Shown piece by piece: positions 13,650 through 26,301 of a stretch of 64,000 nt of DNA. The notes below the pieces were generated by a model. The model was not told where the DNA came from, ran no database searches, and saw only the letters and a program-made list of their open reading frames with translations. Both the position numbers and the translations under genes were made by a program. Numbering within the stretch: the first letter of the stretch is position 1; every line of letters starts with the position of its first letter. The DNA is from Chrysomallon squamiferum (lineage: Eukaryota; Animalia; Mollusca), in the NCBI GenBank assembly GCA_012295275.1, contig CM022667.1, forward strand, positions 17,794,001-17,858,000, written 5' to 3'.

Positions 13650-15482
13650 GACGCTAGCCCGGCCTCGTCCTCCCTGTGGCTCTTCAGTTCAAGCTAGGAG
13701 CCAGTGTGTCAGTCACAGGAGAGTGTGTCATAGCGGAAGGGGAACGACCTGTTAAACATCTCATAAGCGCCTCACAAATTCAGTAGGAAAGAAGAGAGAA
13801 AAAAAAAAATTTTAATTGAGGAAGAAATGATTATGAAAGATTAAAAAAAAAAACAACAAATAAATGAAAGAAAGAAATATTGTTTAATGATTGTCATTGT
13901 TGCTGTCGCCGTCTTCGTTATTTTTATTATTATTATTGTTATTTGTAAAATTGTGTATCAAATCACGTTACAAAATCATTTTAATAAAAATGTGGATAAA
14001 GTATTTCGCGAGATTAAATTGGTTAACGTACATAAATTAAATTAGAAATAATAAATTTATATTATATTATATTATAAGAAAAACTAGACATATGAGAAAA
14101 TATCAAAATCCGACACTTCCTTAGGCTGTTATGTAAAGTGAAGGTCAGACGGGAGCAGACGAAAGAATGCGTGTTCTGCAAAATATCGATCGTTTCAAAT
14201 CTTACAAACGATGAAGTACATTTCAGAACTGCGCTTGAATAATGTCTCAGATTAAATAAGACATTTGATGTGAACCTTTAGTTGTTTACTGAACAGTTTT
14301 TGTTACATTTTATATAAAACATCTTTTGCATTTAACGGATGTGTGTCTATGTATGTTTTATATGTGTGTATGTATGTATGTGTGTATATATATATATATA
14401 CACACATACATACACACACATCCTTTAATACATACACATCTGTGAGTGTGAGTATGTGTGTTTGAGTGTATGTGGGTGGGTATATATCACAGTGGTATAA
14501 TTTATTGATCGGAATTTTTGACATAGTTCTATGAGCATCTATGTATAATCATCTTTGTATTTTTATATATGTATGTATGTATGTATTTATGTATATATGT
14601 ATTTATGTAACATGTCTATGTAATGTATGTATGTATGTATGTTATATGTATGTATGCATGTTTGAGTGTGTGTTTGGTAAAATGAATATCAATGTGCTTT
14701 ACGTAATTGAAAAGTAAGGATATTTTTAGCAGTGCTCTCTACAGTTACATCAATATGTTCAGCTGTATCCGGACTGTGGAAAACAGCTAAATCCTCGTCA
14801 CTAAACACAGTACAGATTCGATCTGCCAATTATGTGTAACCTTCGTGTGCTAAATCTATCAGATTTGCGACGCAATGTTTTTCCGTAAATAACTAAATCG
14901 TGTTCAGAAAATGGCGCCATTTTGACGAATGTTGACGAAAGGTGTTGCATTTGAAGGAACTAACTTTTGGGGTTATTTTATTCTGTTTCAGAAATGAATG
15001 AAATATAAGAAAGAAATAATGACTAAATGACAAAAGATATTTTTAAATTATAAATTATTTGGTTTTAAATAGGTCTGAAGAGTATTGTCACACATCTGGA
15101 GTCAGCTGTATAGGAATGTCATGTAGGACTGATCTTACCACTGCACAACATCCTCTGTGAAGAATACTTAGAGAGTAAAACAAAATATTTTTTACACTTC
15201 TAAATTATTACTGTTTTATTGATTGTGGCGAGATAACATTGCTCATAACAAAGTATGACAGTAAACTATTACTTTTCGTGACGTCATCGCATACTGCGTA
15301 CTAATAGACGCATTTTTTCTGAACAAACCAGAGCAAATCGTCATCACTACACGGATAGTTTTCATACTTGTTATTAATTAAAACTGGAAGATAAAGAAGA
15401 AGAAGAGGAAACACTTTTGAAGTATGCAGAATACAGCTGAATTATTTCTAGATATCATCAAAGAAATGTGTATTACAATAAA

Positions 15483-15514
<32 letters not shown>

Positions 15515-15816
15515 AAATAATAAAGATCAAAGAGGACAAGCAGAGCTAGAACAATCTTGACCTTCACCGAGTTGTGCCAATTAATCAGAATGTAAGCACG
15601 TGCACCGTGTTTGGCCTGCAGCTACGCGTCATGAAGAAGTTTCCAGAAGGTCACAGACACATCGGCTGTGCACACACAGATGACATTTCCACGTCTTAAG
15701 TACACTGATATCACCCCCGGGCTTTTCTTGCACAGTTAACAGTCTTCGATTTGTATTTTATATTGCAGAAGACGAATAAATTTTAAACTATATTGTTGTT
15801 ATTGTTGTTGTTGTTG

Positions 15817-15879
<63 letters not shown>

Positions 15880-16456
15880 TTAGTAGTAGTAGTTTAATTA
15901 CAAACTATTTGGAATATGTATTTTGGCCTGTACTGTATATGCAAGTGTATGTGTTTGTATGTATATATATATATTCATATACACATTTCAAATAAGATCT
16001 AAAAAGAAAATTTTATTTTAAAAAAGAAAACACTTGTATAAAAATTCAGCTCAATAATAAGTGTTCAAACGCATATATCTAATCGCGGATAAATGATAAA
16101 GTTATAATATAAGTAATAATGAGATGTTGTTCTGTGTCATAATAAAATGTATAATATAGGTCACAATGAAATGGTGGTGTAATATGTAATAAGAAGATTT
16201 TCTGGTATATGTGATATACTTTCATATTACATGCTTCGAGATATGACTACGTTGTGTCTGTGTCTTTTTGTACTGTGAGTGTACGTGCGTGCGTGTATCA
16301 TTTAACTTGTATCACATCATACATGATCGATATTCCGGACGCTGATAAATTTCCGGACTCTTTAAGGGACACAACTCGTATCATACCTTATGGCTCACTG
16401 CTATTATAAAGTTGTCCTTCTTCCACTGACTTCAGAATTTGTGTGCGTGTCTGTGT

Positions 16457-16532
<76 letters not shown>

Positions 16533-16720
16533 GAATAGATATATAAGCAGAGAGATAAACGGAAAGATAAATAGATGCAAACTATGGGTAGGCAGAGATA
16601 GAGAGACAGATACATACATGTTATATGAATAATATAGGTATGTATGTATGTATGTATGTATGCATGTATGTATGTATGTATGTATGAATGTATGTATGTA
16701 TGTATGTACGTGTGTATGTG

Positions 16721-17850
16721 TATAAACGTATATTTTTTTATTCAGTTGGTGGTAACAGAGGGGGACAATATATCGCCACTATTGAGTCGCTTATTTCATT
16801 TATCACCAAAGGTTCTGTTATCCGCACCACTGATATAAACTCGATAAAACCGTCACTCAGATGAATAATCATACAAGTAAACGTTTTATATAGAATGTCT
16901 TTTTACGTTTCTGTGTTTCTGTATAAAGAGTGTAATCTGTGTGGACGAGTGGGTGTGTATACTGGGGGGGGGGTGTTTTACTTTGTTTGTGAGCGAGTTG
17001 CGCGGAATGTTAGACTAACCGTACAACAAAAACATCTTACAGAATCTTTTAAAAAACTAAAAACTAAAAAAACTAAAAAAAGTTTAAAACAAAAAAGTAA
17101 AGGAAGAAACCAACTCAGAGATTTGTTCTAACGATTTATTGCTCATAACATTATAGGCAGATAAAAATAAAACAAGCATTTAAAGTTACAGCGACTGATT
17201 GCTAATTATAGCTGCTGAGCAGTCTAAGTGTTTGAATAATAACTAAACTATAGGAAGATGAAGAATAGTTTATAATGTAGCCAGTGCTATTACAAGTCAA
17301 CTGCATTACCTAAAACATAAAGTTTTCACTGAATTATATATTATGGCACTGTTCACCAATACATTTCATTATATTAATGTTTGAGTTCATCCTATGAAAT
17401 ATGATGGAAGATAGACATACTTTATCAGAATACAAATAATTTACAAAAATGGCTTTGAATAATTTCAGTTTTGACGGCTATTAACGCCTATGCACCTACA
17501 TAAATCGCAGACACCAAATGTTTCTAACCAAGAGAACCCAGTAATAAAAGTTGTGAGAATGAACGACATAGAAAACTGTCAAACACGTAGAAGTGTGAGG
17601 GACAGTCACTTTTTCCTTTTCACAAATCTGACTGCAAATAATAAAAAGCCAGCGAAATACCAATAGCTAAATAAATGACTGAATCACAGCATCAAACATT
17701 TTATCATCAAAAATGAAATTCACTAAATAGACTAGACATGTTAACATTCTTACGATACTCGTTTTCCCAGTCCAGTCGTACTAGCCTTTTTGTAAGCCAG
17801 TCTTATAAGTTGTATTAATTTCCTGATTAAAAAAGAAAAGGTAAAAAAAG

Positions 17851-17881
<31 letters not shown>

Positions 17882-19585
17882 TTTGGACATTTGTCTGCCA
17901 CTTTTGCTTTGTTTCTTCCAAATGATTTTTTCAGGCGATCACGTCGCATGAAATGTCACACGTTAAACCGATTTCTCCCAACTAGCCCGCTCTGCGCAGT
18001 TTTAGTTCGGAGAAAGCAGATAAGACATTGGATATATCAAACGACGTAGTCGGGAATGTATATCGAACACTCGTAATATTTCTATACCTGCATTATGCAC
18101 TGTGAAGTATGTTGAAGCAGGTTAATAATATTATGACAATATCGCCTTATACAACAAATTTAAGTATTTAACAAGATAGGCATAGCAAATATACTGCACT
18201 ATTAACGATGAAATATGAAATATATTGAAGTATATAACAATATCACCCTGTGAAATATATTTATATATAATGATATCGCCCAGTTAAAACAATTAAGTAT
18301 TAAAGATAAGCCATGTAACATATTAAACTGAATTACCGTACCTGCCTGAAACAAACGAAACTGTGTAAAGATATGAAATATATCAATATTATATATCACT
18401 ATTAAAACACATCATCTTATCTAAAACCATATCATATGGAAGTACATTACATACACAAGAAAATCTTTTTATTACATATTTTAAAAATATTTCATTACGA
18501 TCTATATTATAACCATGTCTCATTATAACCTCTATTACAACATCTCATTTAGACTTATAAAAATATTTCATTGTGACTATATTATAAAATATCTCAGTAC
18601 AACTTATAATATTATAAAGATATTTTACTGTGACTTAATATGACATATATTTAGCAATATCTTTCTATAACTTATATTATAACACTACCTTACTGTCTCG
18701 TATGTTATAACAATATCTCACAATAACTTCTATCAATATACATATGTATGTTTATCTCCGTGTATTCATTGAGTGTGTGGCTGTATAGCAAATCTCACTA
18801 AGACTTGTATGAAGATGTTAAATCCGTATGACATGATCTGAACAAAAATTAACTCATAAATGAGAATTTGTTTAATGCACAATCTTCAGATATTTTGTTA
18901 CACGGGTGAACATAACGTAAGAACAAATTATAACCACTGAAAACTGCATTTAAACCCTTTCTAAAATGAATTCTCGAAATTATTGAAATATTCAGCATAT
19001 GATACAAATATTAACAAACAGGTGATCACATTTTTTTGTAACATAACAATGGATATGTTATACTATAATAACATATATCCAGTAACATATCAACGTATAG
19101 TATTATAACATCTGATAACAAAAATACATAAATTAAAGTATATAAGTGTACCTTTACAGACAGTTAGACAGACAGACACGTACATTACTATATACCAGTG
19201 TATCTGTTTGTGTGTGTGTGTGTGTGTCTGTCATGAAACAGATATACATATTACAACTAACGAACTGGTTTGGACATGTAACATTATTTATCGTAAGCAG
19301 CCAGTACACGAGCGTTATTTTTGTCAACCGTGTTTGCCACCAGCTTACTGTTTCAGTACATCACCTCCACTCTGCAGTGAAATACTGCAGTTTACACCAA
19401 TACATTAAATATTTTAATTAAAGCGTTGCAACACTAACTAACAGTGATACTCGAATGAAACCCGTATACCATCACAGATTGACAAACAAACAGAGAGTTC
19501 AAACATATGAAATAAGCGACTCAATAGTGGCGATATATTGTCCCCCTCTGTTACCACCAACTGAATAAAAAAATATACGTTTATA
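16721..19585. repeat. 79-bp perfect inverted repeat pair about 2.7 kb apart (possible TIR element or inverted duplication)
   Basis: 16721-16799 (tataaacg...ggtaacagagggggacaatatatcgccactattgagtcgcttatttcat) is the exact reverse complement of 19507-19585. The match extends outward into (TATG)n/(CATA)n with one indel. Confidence 0.9.
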
Positions 19586-19816
19586 ACATACACACGTACA
19601 TACATACATACATACATAAATATATATACATACGTACTCCCAGAGACAGACAAACATACAAACCGACATATATATATACATACATAAACACATATAAACA
19701 CATACACAGCTATCAACATATAACATAAACACATTCACACACATATACACAAGTTTTGGTATGTATATGTGTGTTTGTGTGTATTAGGTGTGTGCGTGTC
19801 TGTATCTATATATCTA

Positions 19817-19855
<39 letters not shown>

Positions 19856-21670
19856 ATATATATACACACACACACGCACATACATAATATTTACACATAG
19901 ACACATTTACATACATGCTCACAAACACATAGCTAACACACACATATAAACAAACATACATTCATACATAAATACATACATACATACACACACAAACACA
20001 TACATACATACATTATATACATACATACATACATACACGCATACATCAATTTAATTAAGAATTATTATCATGTTGACATATTCTATACAATTATACGTTT
20101 TTATAGATATACATTTTCAAATTTTACATATTATTATTACCTGTATGATTACATGATTTGCACTCTGCCATATTATGTAAAACAAATGTTGATGTGACCT
20201 TTAATGAGAACGACAGAAAAAACAGTTTAAAGCTCGGGGCGCCAGCTGCTAGGAAATACAGTGTGAACTGAAACACAACAAGAACTAGCGTCTGTTTGTT
20301 AGCACAGTCACACGAAAGTATTGACTGGCTTACATGCATTTTTTAATTATCAGCATAGCTCCTGAAATATATATATATATACGTACTTTTATAGGTACTT
20401 ACTTACATTTATAAATTTATGTGTTTTTGTATTTGTGTGTGTGTGGGTATATATATGTATGTACTTATATATGTCTGTTATGAATGGATGTAGGCCTATG
20501 CATTCGTGATGCGTTTATGTACGTGTTTATATGTGTTAAAATGTTTTGGACGATGCTTTCATGCATATTTGAGAATTTACAACTATTATTTACTTCACTT
20601 ATGAATATGTATGTTTATCTCTGTGTATTCATTGTGTTTGCTTAAACTTTTAACTAAAGCTGTATTCTCACAAAACAAGTTATTGTAACGATCATCGTTA
20701 TTCCTATAATTTCGGTTATATCAAGTTATCCCTTTCATAGATAAATGCTTTACTCTTACAACATGATTTCTTAATTTAAATATTACCAGAGAGAAAAGTA
20801 TCGTTGTGACGTCAGATGACTAGTTGCTGGCCTAGATGGAACAGTAAAGAGGCCAAAAAGCGTAACCATGGATTCTTCAGGAAAAGCACGTGAAACGAGC
20901 AACGCTTATCAATGAGCTGCTGCATGTGCGTTATTTATTATTATTGTTGTTATTGTTATTTTTATTATTGTTATTGTTATTATCATCATACCTTTTCATT
21001 TTAGTTTTGAGTTCAGTAGAAAACAAGTAAAAAATGTATAAAACCTTACATAATATCAGTAACAAAAAAAAAAAAAACTAATTTAAAAGTTAAATAAATA
21101 TTGAAAAAGACAGCATGTTTTATGGGTTTTTTTAAAATATTTGTACAAAAATTAACTTAATTTTATCTTCTTTCGTTTAAAACTAACTAATCTATAACTT
21201 TAATATTTTATTTATTTAAAATATATATATTTATGTATTATTATTTTAATTAATTTTATGTATTTTCTCTTCTTTTTTTGGTCTGTCCCAGCTCAATAAC
21301 AAAAATACATTATTTATGAAAACATCGAAACAAGTAGTAAATATGTGCTTTTGCAGCGTACACTGCTTTCTCAAGTTTCTAGTAATGGCAGTGCACAAGG
21401 CTGTTAGAAAAATATTAATAAAATAAGAAAAATCAATATGATATTACCAGCAAAAATTAATATTGTATTATTCGCCGAAATACAAAATTTATTACCACTT
21501 TATTTTCTATCCTTAAAATTATTAAAATTCTGTGAATATATTATCCCTTTTCACAGACATACAGATATACATAAATTATATATCAAACACATTAATAAAC
21601 GCACGCATGCTCGCACATACAGTGTACATATACAAGTAGATATATTACAGAAATAATATGATCACAAATG

Positions 21671-21708
<38 letters not shown>

Positions 21709-22815
21709 TAATATTTACATGATATTTTGTTGTTTAGCACCGTAACAATTAGGAACCACTTCTACAGTAATTATAATAATACCTTCAAGCCCGTCTTTCT
21801 TTTGTGGTTTCTTTCTGTCATAAACTTCCATCCTCTGCATTTCATTGTATTATTTTATGTTTAATAATTAAGTGGCATGTTTATGCTAACTCATCAGCAC
21901 TGCAAACAGAATGTTAATACAAATCAAACCACACAGGCTAAGACAAGTTTTACCTATTCATATTCTTACATCAAACCTAAATACACGTTTAACCGAAAGT
22001 ATCGAATGTCGTTTTTAGAAGTAATTATACTGTATTTATACTGTATTTATACTGTAATTATACTGTAATTATACTGTATTTAATCTGAGACAAAATACGT
22101 TATTCCGGGCACATTCTTCACCATTTTGCATTAAAATAAAGAATTAATAAGCAATTATAACCATGACCTTCATCTACACCAATCCAAACTGAATTATTTT
22201 TTTATTATTATTTTGTATAATTGCCTCAAAATGTTATTATCGGATTTTTAAATCAAAAACAAAACTAAAATAAATAACAACTATACATTATATAACCTTC
22301 GGTACTTTCGGTAATCTTCGTTATTTTTCGCTGATCTTCGGAAAATATGAAAGTTCACGATAAAATATTAAAGCTGATTTTGTTCATCTCTTTTCTTTCC
22401 TCTGTTAAATAATAATACTTTAAAAATATATAAATAAAAATGTTAAAGTATACAATATAAATAAGCAATTACATAAATAAATTTTAAAAATATTTAAAAA
22501 TATTTAAATAATTAAAAAATATAAAAATAAAAATAATTAAAAATAAAGTTAAATAATTATTTGCTGGAATTCATTGGATGATGGACATTTCTGGTTTAGA
22601 AATATAGTTCTAAAATAATCTTGTCTTAGTTCATTTTTAATAAATGGTTTAATTTTAAAAGCAGAATGTATGTAATAAGCCTTTCAGACTGAATCATCAG
22701 TTTCCATTCGGACTTATTTTGGCATTTTTATTTGGCAACTATATTCACCGTATCACGTGATTAAGTGACGTCAACATCAAAGGCTGAAAAAAAAACATGT
22801 ACGAGTTAAAATAAT

Positions 22816-24168
22816 CTAGCCTGATTTTGAACTTATATCCAACTTTTTACAGATACGGTCTATCTTGTCCTCGAGGGAGACGACTTTACTCTTGATGTCT
22901 TTCTGTTCACCTTGCATACTTTCCACCAGACCGTACATTTCGTTCACTGACGTAGATATCTCTATGATTCCCACTGCGCTCTCGGCAATTGTCGCCTTGT
23001 CCCGTTTTGCTGACCGCATTGTTCTGATGGCGGCGACCAGCTTAGTGTGAAGTCGGAGCCGCTGATTCTGTGTCAGTGTCTTACGACGGTTCTTGCACCA
23101 AAGAAGAAGCACGTTCTTGATGACGTCAGCGGCGGCATTTTTCTGCATCTTGTCGAGGTGTATCCGCGTCATGAAAGTGTGAACGTATCTCTGAGCCCGA
23201 GTCTGCTGCAGTTTATTGGCGAGGACAGCAACGAGCAGAGCCGTCGTTCCTACCCCCATCAACCCCGTTTCCACCGCTATGAACCTCCCACAGTTGCTGT
23301 TGGGCGTGATGTCTCCGTAGCCCACAGTTAAAAAGGTTATGGCGATAAGCCACATAGCGTTCAGGATATCGCTTTGCTCATGCGCAGGATGATAATATGA
23401 CTCGCAGGTCCGCATAGCCCAGCTGTTGATGACGAAAAGGACGGCGATGATGGACATTAGCATCGTGCCTGGTTTCTCCGACATCAGAGCTTTGAAGATA
23501 AACACGGTGTTTATCTGCACTTTGTTTAGAGCTCCGATGCTCTGCGTGGACATGTCCTGCGTCCAGCGACTGTTGACCACCATGAACTTGCCCACGATGT
23601 ACAGACGCAACAGCATGAGAATGGACAAAATGGCGTCGACGGAGACCTCACGATATTTGCCCGTTTTGTCCACGTAGGGAACGACTATATTTCCTGGCAG
23701 AGGATGAATAGCGCAGACGACAAGCTCGACTACGATTTTCACGATCATACCCGGCGACACGGCAAGACGCCAGTTGTCCTGGTTGTTGTCTGTCATTATC
23801 AGTCGAATGCTGACTATGTGATAGGCGCAGACGGCTATGAGAAGGAACGCGGTACTGATTGACATAAGCAGCTTGAGAATTATGGAGACAAGAGAGTCTT
23901 TCTGGTAAACGTTGTTGATGTACATCTCCGTGGTAACGACCATCAGCACGAGGCCGATCATCGCAAGAGCGAACTCGAGGTTTACGATTCGTCTCCGACG
24001 ATTAACAAGCTTTTTTCGACGGCTCAGCTTGACGCTCATGCTTCCCGATAGAGTTGTCGACCCTACTACTGCAGTGACGTCATTAGTGCTGGCATAGTCT
24101 GCGGGCTTTGGTGACGCTCTGACCTGGCCTACCAAAGGGATTGCCGGATCTTCAAACATACCACTCAT
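22816..24168 (-). CDS. KCNN: Small/intermediate-conductance calcium-activated potassium channel (SK/KCNN family), complete 450-aa single-exon CDS
   Basis: Six hydrophobic segments with family motifs ELVVCAIHPLPG (S3), LRLY (S4), SIGALNK (S4-S5 linker), WLIAITFLTVGYGDITP (pore), TGLMGVGTTALLVAV (S6) and VHTFM...KNAAADV (CaM-binding domain), plus a C-terminal coiled coil. Acceptor tttcgtttcAG at 24193-24192 lies just upstream of the ATG. A minus-strand AATAAA is at 22732-22727. Confidence 0.96.
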   Translation of the reverse strand: MSGMFEDPAIPLVGQVRASPKPADYASTNDVTAVVGSTTLSGSMSVKLSRRKKLVNRRRRIVNLEFALAMIGLVLMVVTTEMYINNVYQKDSLVSIILKLLMSISTAFLLIAVCAYHIVSIRLIMTDNNQDNWRLAVSPGMIVKIVVELVVCAIHPLPGNIVVPYVDKTGKYREVSVDAILSILMLLRLYIVGKFMVVNSRWTQDMSTQSIGALNKVQINTVFIFKALMSEKPGTMLMSIIAVLFVINSWAMRTCESYYHPAHEQSDILNAMWLIAITFLTVGYGDITPNSNCGRFIAVETGLMGVGTTALLVAVLANKLQQTRAQRYVHTFMTRIHLDKMQKNAAADVIKNVLLLWCKNRRKTLTQNQRLRLHTKLVAAIRTMRSAKRDKATIAESAVGIIEISTSVNEMYGLVESMQGEQKDIKSKVVSLEDKIDRICKKLDISSKSG

Positions 24169-24199
24169 TTTCTCTCACTGACTTATATGTGCTGAAACG

Positions 24200-24212
24200 A
24201 AAGTAAGTAAGA

Positions 24213-24243
<31 letters not shown>

Positions 24244-24244
24244 A

Positions 24245-24275
<31 letters not shown>

Positions 24276-24330
24276 AAAGTAAGCAAGCAAGTAAGTTAAT
24301 TAAATTAAATTAAATTAAATTAAATTAACC
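24200..24330. repeat. (AAGT)n then (AAATT)n microsatellite abutting the SK splice acceptor
   Basis: Read directly. The tract reads (CTTA)n on the transcribed strand. Confidence 0.95.
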
Positions 24331-25197
24331 GTTTTGGTTAAATATTTTAATTTATGATTGTATCCTATCCATTCCTATTGTTCTGTATGTATACATACAT
24401 ATATACATATGTATGTATGTGTGTGTGTATATTAATATATACACATACATACACACACATATACACCCATACGCACACGCATACTCACACACACAAACAC
24501 AAACATACTCACACACCTATTATGCATATAATACCATATAATTTAATTGACAGAATTTAATATTAATATTAATCATCATATTAATATCGAAGCTCGTTAG
24601 TTTTATTTATAAACCAAAACAGCTACTATATATAGTAAGAAATAAATTACAAATTAACCAAAATATGTAAATAAACAAATCAAAACGATCAAACAAAGTA
24701 ATAAAAGCAAAAATAAAAAAGACATTTCTAACTTTATTAGTGTAATAAAAGATCTATTAAAGAGCCTTGTGCTGTTGATAACATTATTTCTAGAATCTCT
24801 GGCTTTATGTGTATTCACTAAAAACACGCCCAGATTGAGAGAGATTAAAACGACAGCGTGATCAACAATGGCAACACCAGAAGGACGGCAAAGAGCGCAA
24901 CACGTTGTCATCGATTTCTTAAAATCCATCAAAGTGACATAAATGAATAAATCTGTGTTGTGCCTCGTATAAATGTCAAATAATCTATATACGTATGTAA
25001 AAAAATAATAATAATAATAATAAAGAATATGCATATGGAAAGAAAAAGAAGAAAAAGAAGAAGAAGGCGGAGGAGGAGAAGAAGAAAGATAGAACCGAAT
25101 AAGGAGAAGAAAACAAAAAAGAAAGAAAAAAGAAAGAGAAAAGAATAAAGAAGAAAAAGAAGAAATACAAAAACAGAAGAAAAAAGGAAGACAAAAA

Positions 25198-25432
25198 TAG
25201 TACCACTTCTATCCATTGTACTATCACTAGTACCACTTCTATCCATTGTACTATCACTAGTACCACTTCTATCCATTGTACTATCACTAGTACCACTTCT
25301 ATCCATTGTACACTTTTGTACACTTCTATCCATTGTACTATCACTAGTACCACTTCTATCCATTGTACACTTTTGTACACTTCTATCCATTGTACTATCA
25401 CTATTACTTCTATCCATTGTACTATCACTAGT
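25198..25432. repeat. 30-bp minisatellite, about 8 units, with a shorter variant unit
   Basis: Unit tagtaccacttctatccattgtactatcac. The variant cacttctatccattgtacacttttgta occurs twice. Confidence 0.93.
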
Positions 25433-25605
25433 ACTGCTGCTTCAACTACGTGATTGTTACCAGTACTACTACCATGCTACTACTACTACTGCTGCCTCTA
25501 CTACTGTTTTCCTTTTATTATCAGTATTACTACTACTGCAACTATAACTGTTACTACTATTTTAGCTACTACCACTACTACTACTACTACTACTACCATT
25601 ATTAC

Positions 25606-26252
25606 TACTGTATTCTGTCGACCTGCATCTTTGCATTTCTTAATCATCCTAAAGGTTATTCATTCTTTGTGTTTGTATTACTGTATTCTGTCGACCTGCA
25701 TCTTTGCATTTCTTAATCATCCTAAAGGTTATTCATTCTTTGTGTTTGTATTACTGTATTCTGTCAACCTGCATCTTTGCATTTCTTAATCATCCTAAAG
25801 GTTATTCATTCTTTGTGTTTGTATTACTGTATTCTGTCAACCTGCATCTTTGCATTTCTTAATCATCCTAAAGGTTATTCATTCTTTGTGTTTGTATTAC
25901 TGTATTCTGTCAACCTGCATCTTTGCATTTCTTAATCATCCTAAAGGTTATTCATTCTTTGTGTTTGTGTTACTGTATTCTGTCAACCTGCATCTTTGCA
26001 TTTCTTAATCATCCTAAATTCTGTCAACCTGGTTATTCATTCTTTTCATTCTTTTTGTATTACTGTATTCTGTCAACCTGCATCTTTGCATTTCTTAATC
26101 ATCCTAAAGGTTATTCATTCTTTGTGTTTGTATTACTGTATTCTGTCAACCTGCATCTTTGCATTTCTTAATCATCCTAAAGGTTATTCATTCTTTGTGT
26201 TTGTGTTACTGTATTCTGTCAACCTGCATCTTTGCATTTCTTAATCATCCTA
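25606..26252. repeat. 73-bp minisatellite, about 8.6 copies
   Basis: Unit tactgtattctgtc(a/g)acctgcatctttgcatttcttaatcatcctaaaggttattcattctttgtgtttgtat. One unit near 26018-26050 is internally rearranged. Confidence 0.97.
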
Positions 26253-26269
26253 GCAGCAGTAGTAGCAGC

Positions 26270-26301
<32 letters not shown>

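Noticed and set aside
13301-13755. Repetitive ORFs and a CRISPR-like appearance of the 23-bp array
   Set aside because: Units are head to tail with no unique spacers, there are no cas genes, and the context is eukaryotic.
22865-24097. Plus-strand ORFs overlapping the SK CDS, and those at 1726-2234 overlapping the RGK exon
   Set aside because: These are antisense shadows of GC-richer coding sequence with no independent support.
25606-26252. 73-bp array as a CRISPR or tRNA array
   Set aside because: Whole units are near-identical with no variable spacer, and I saw no cloverleaf or A/B boxes.
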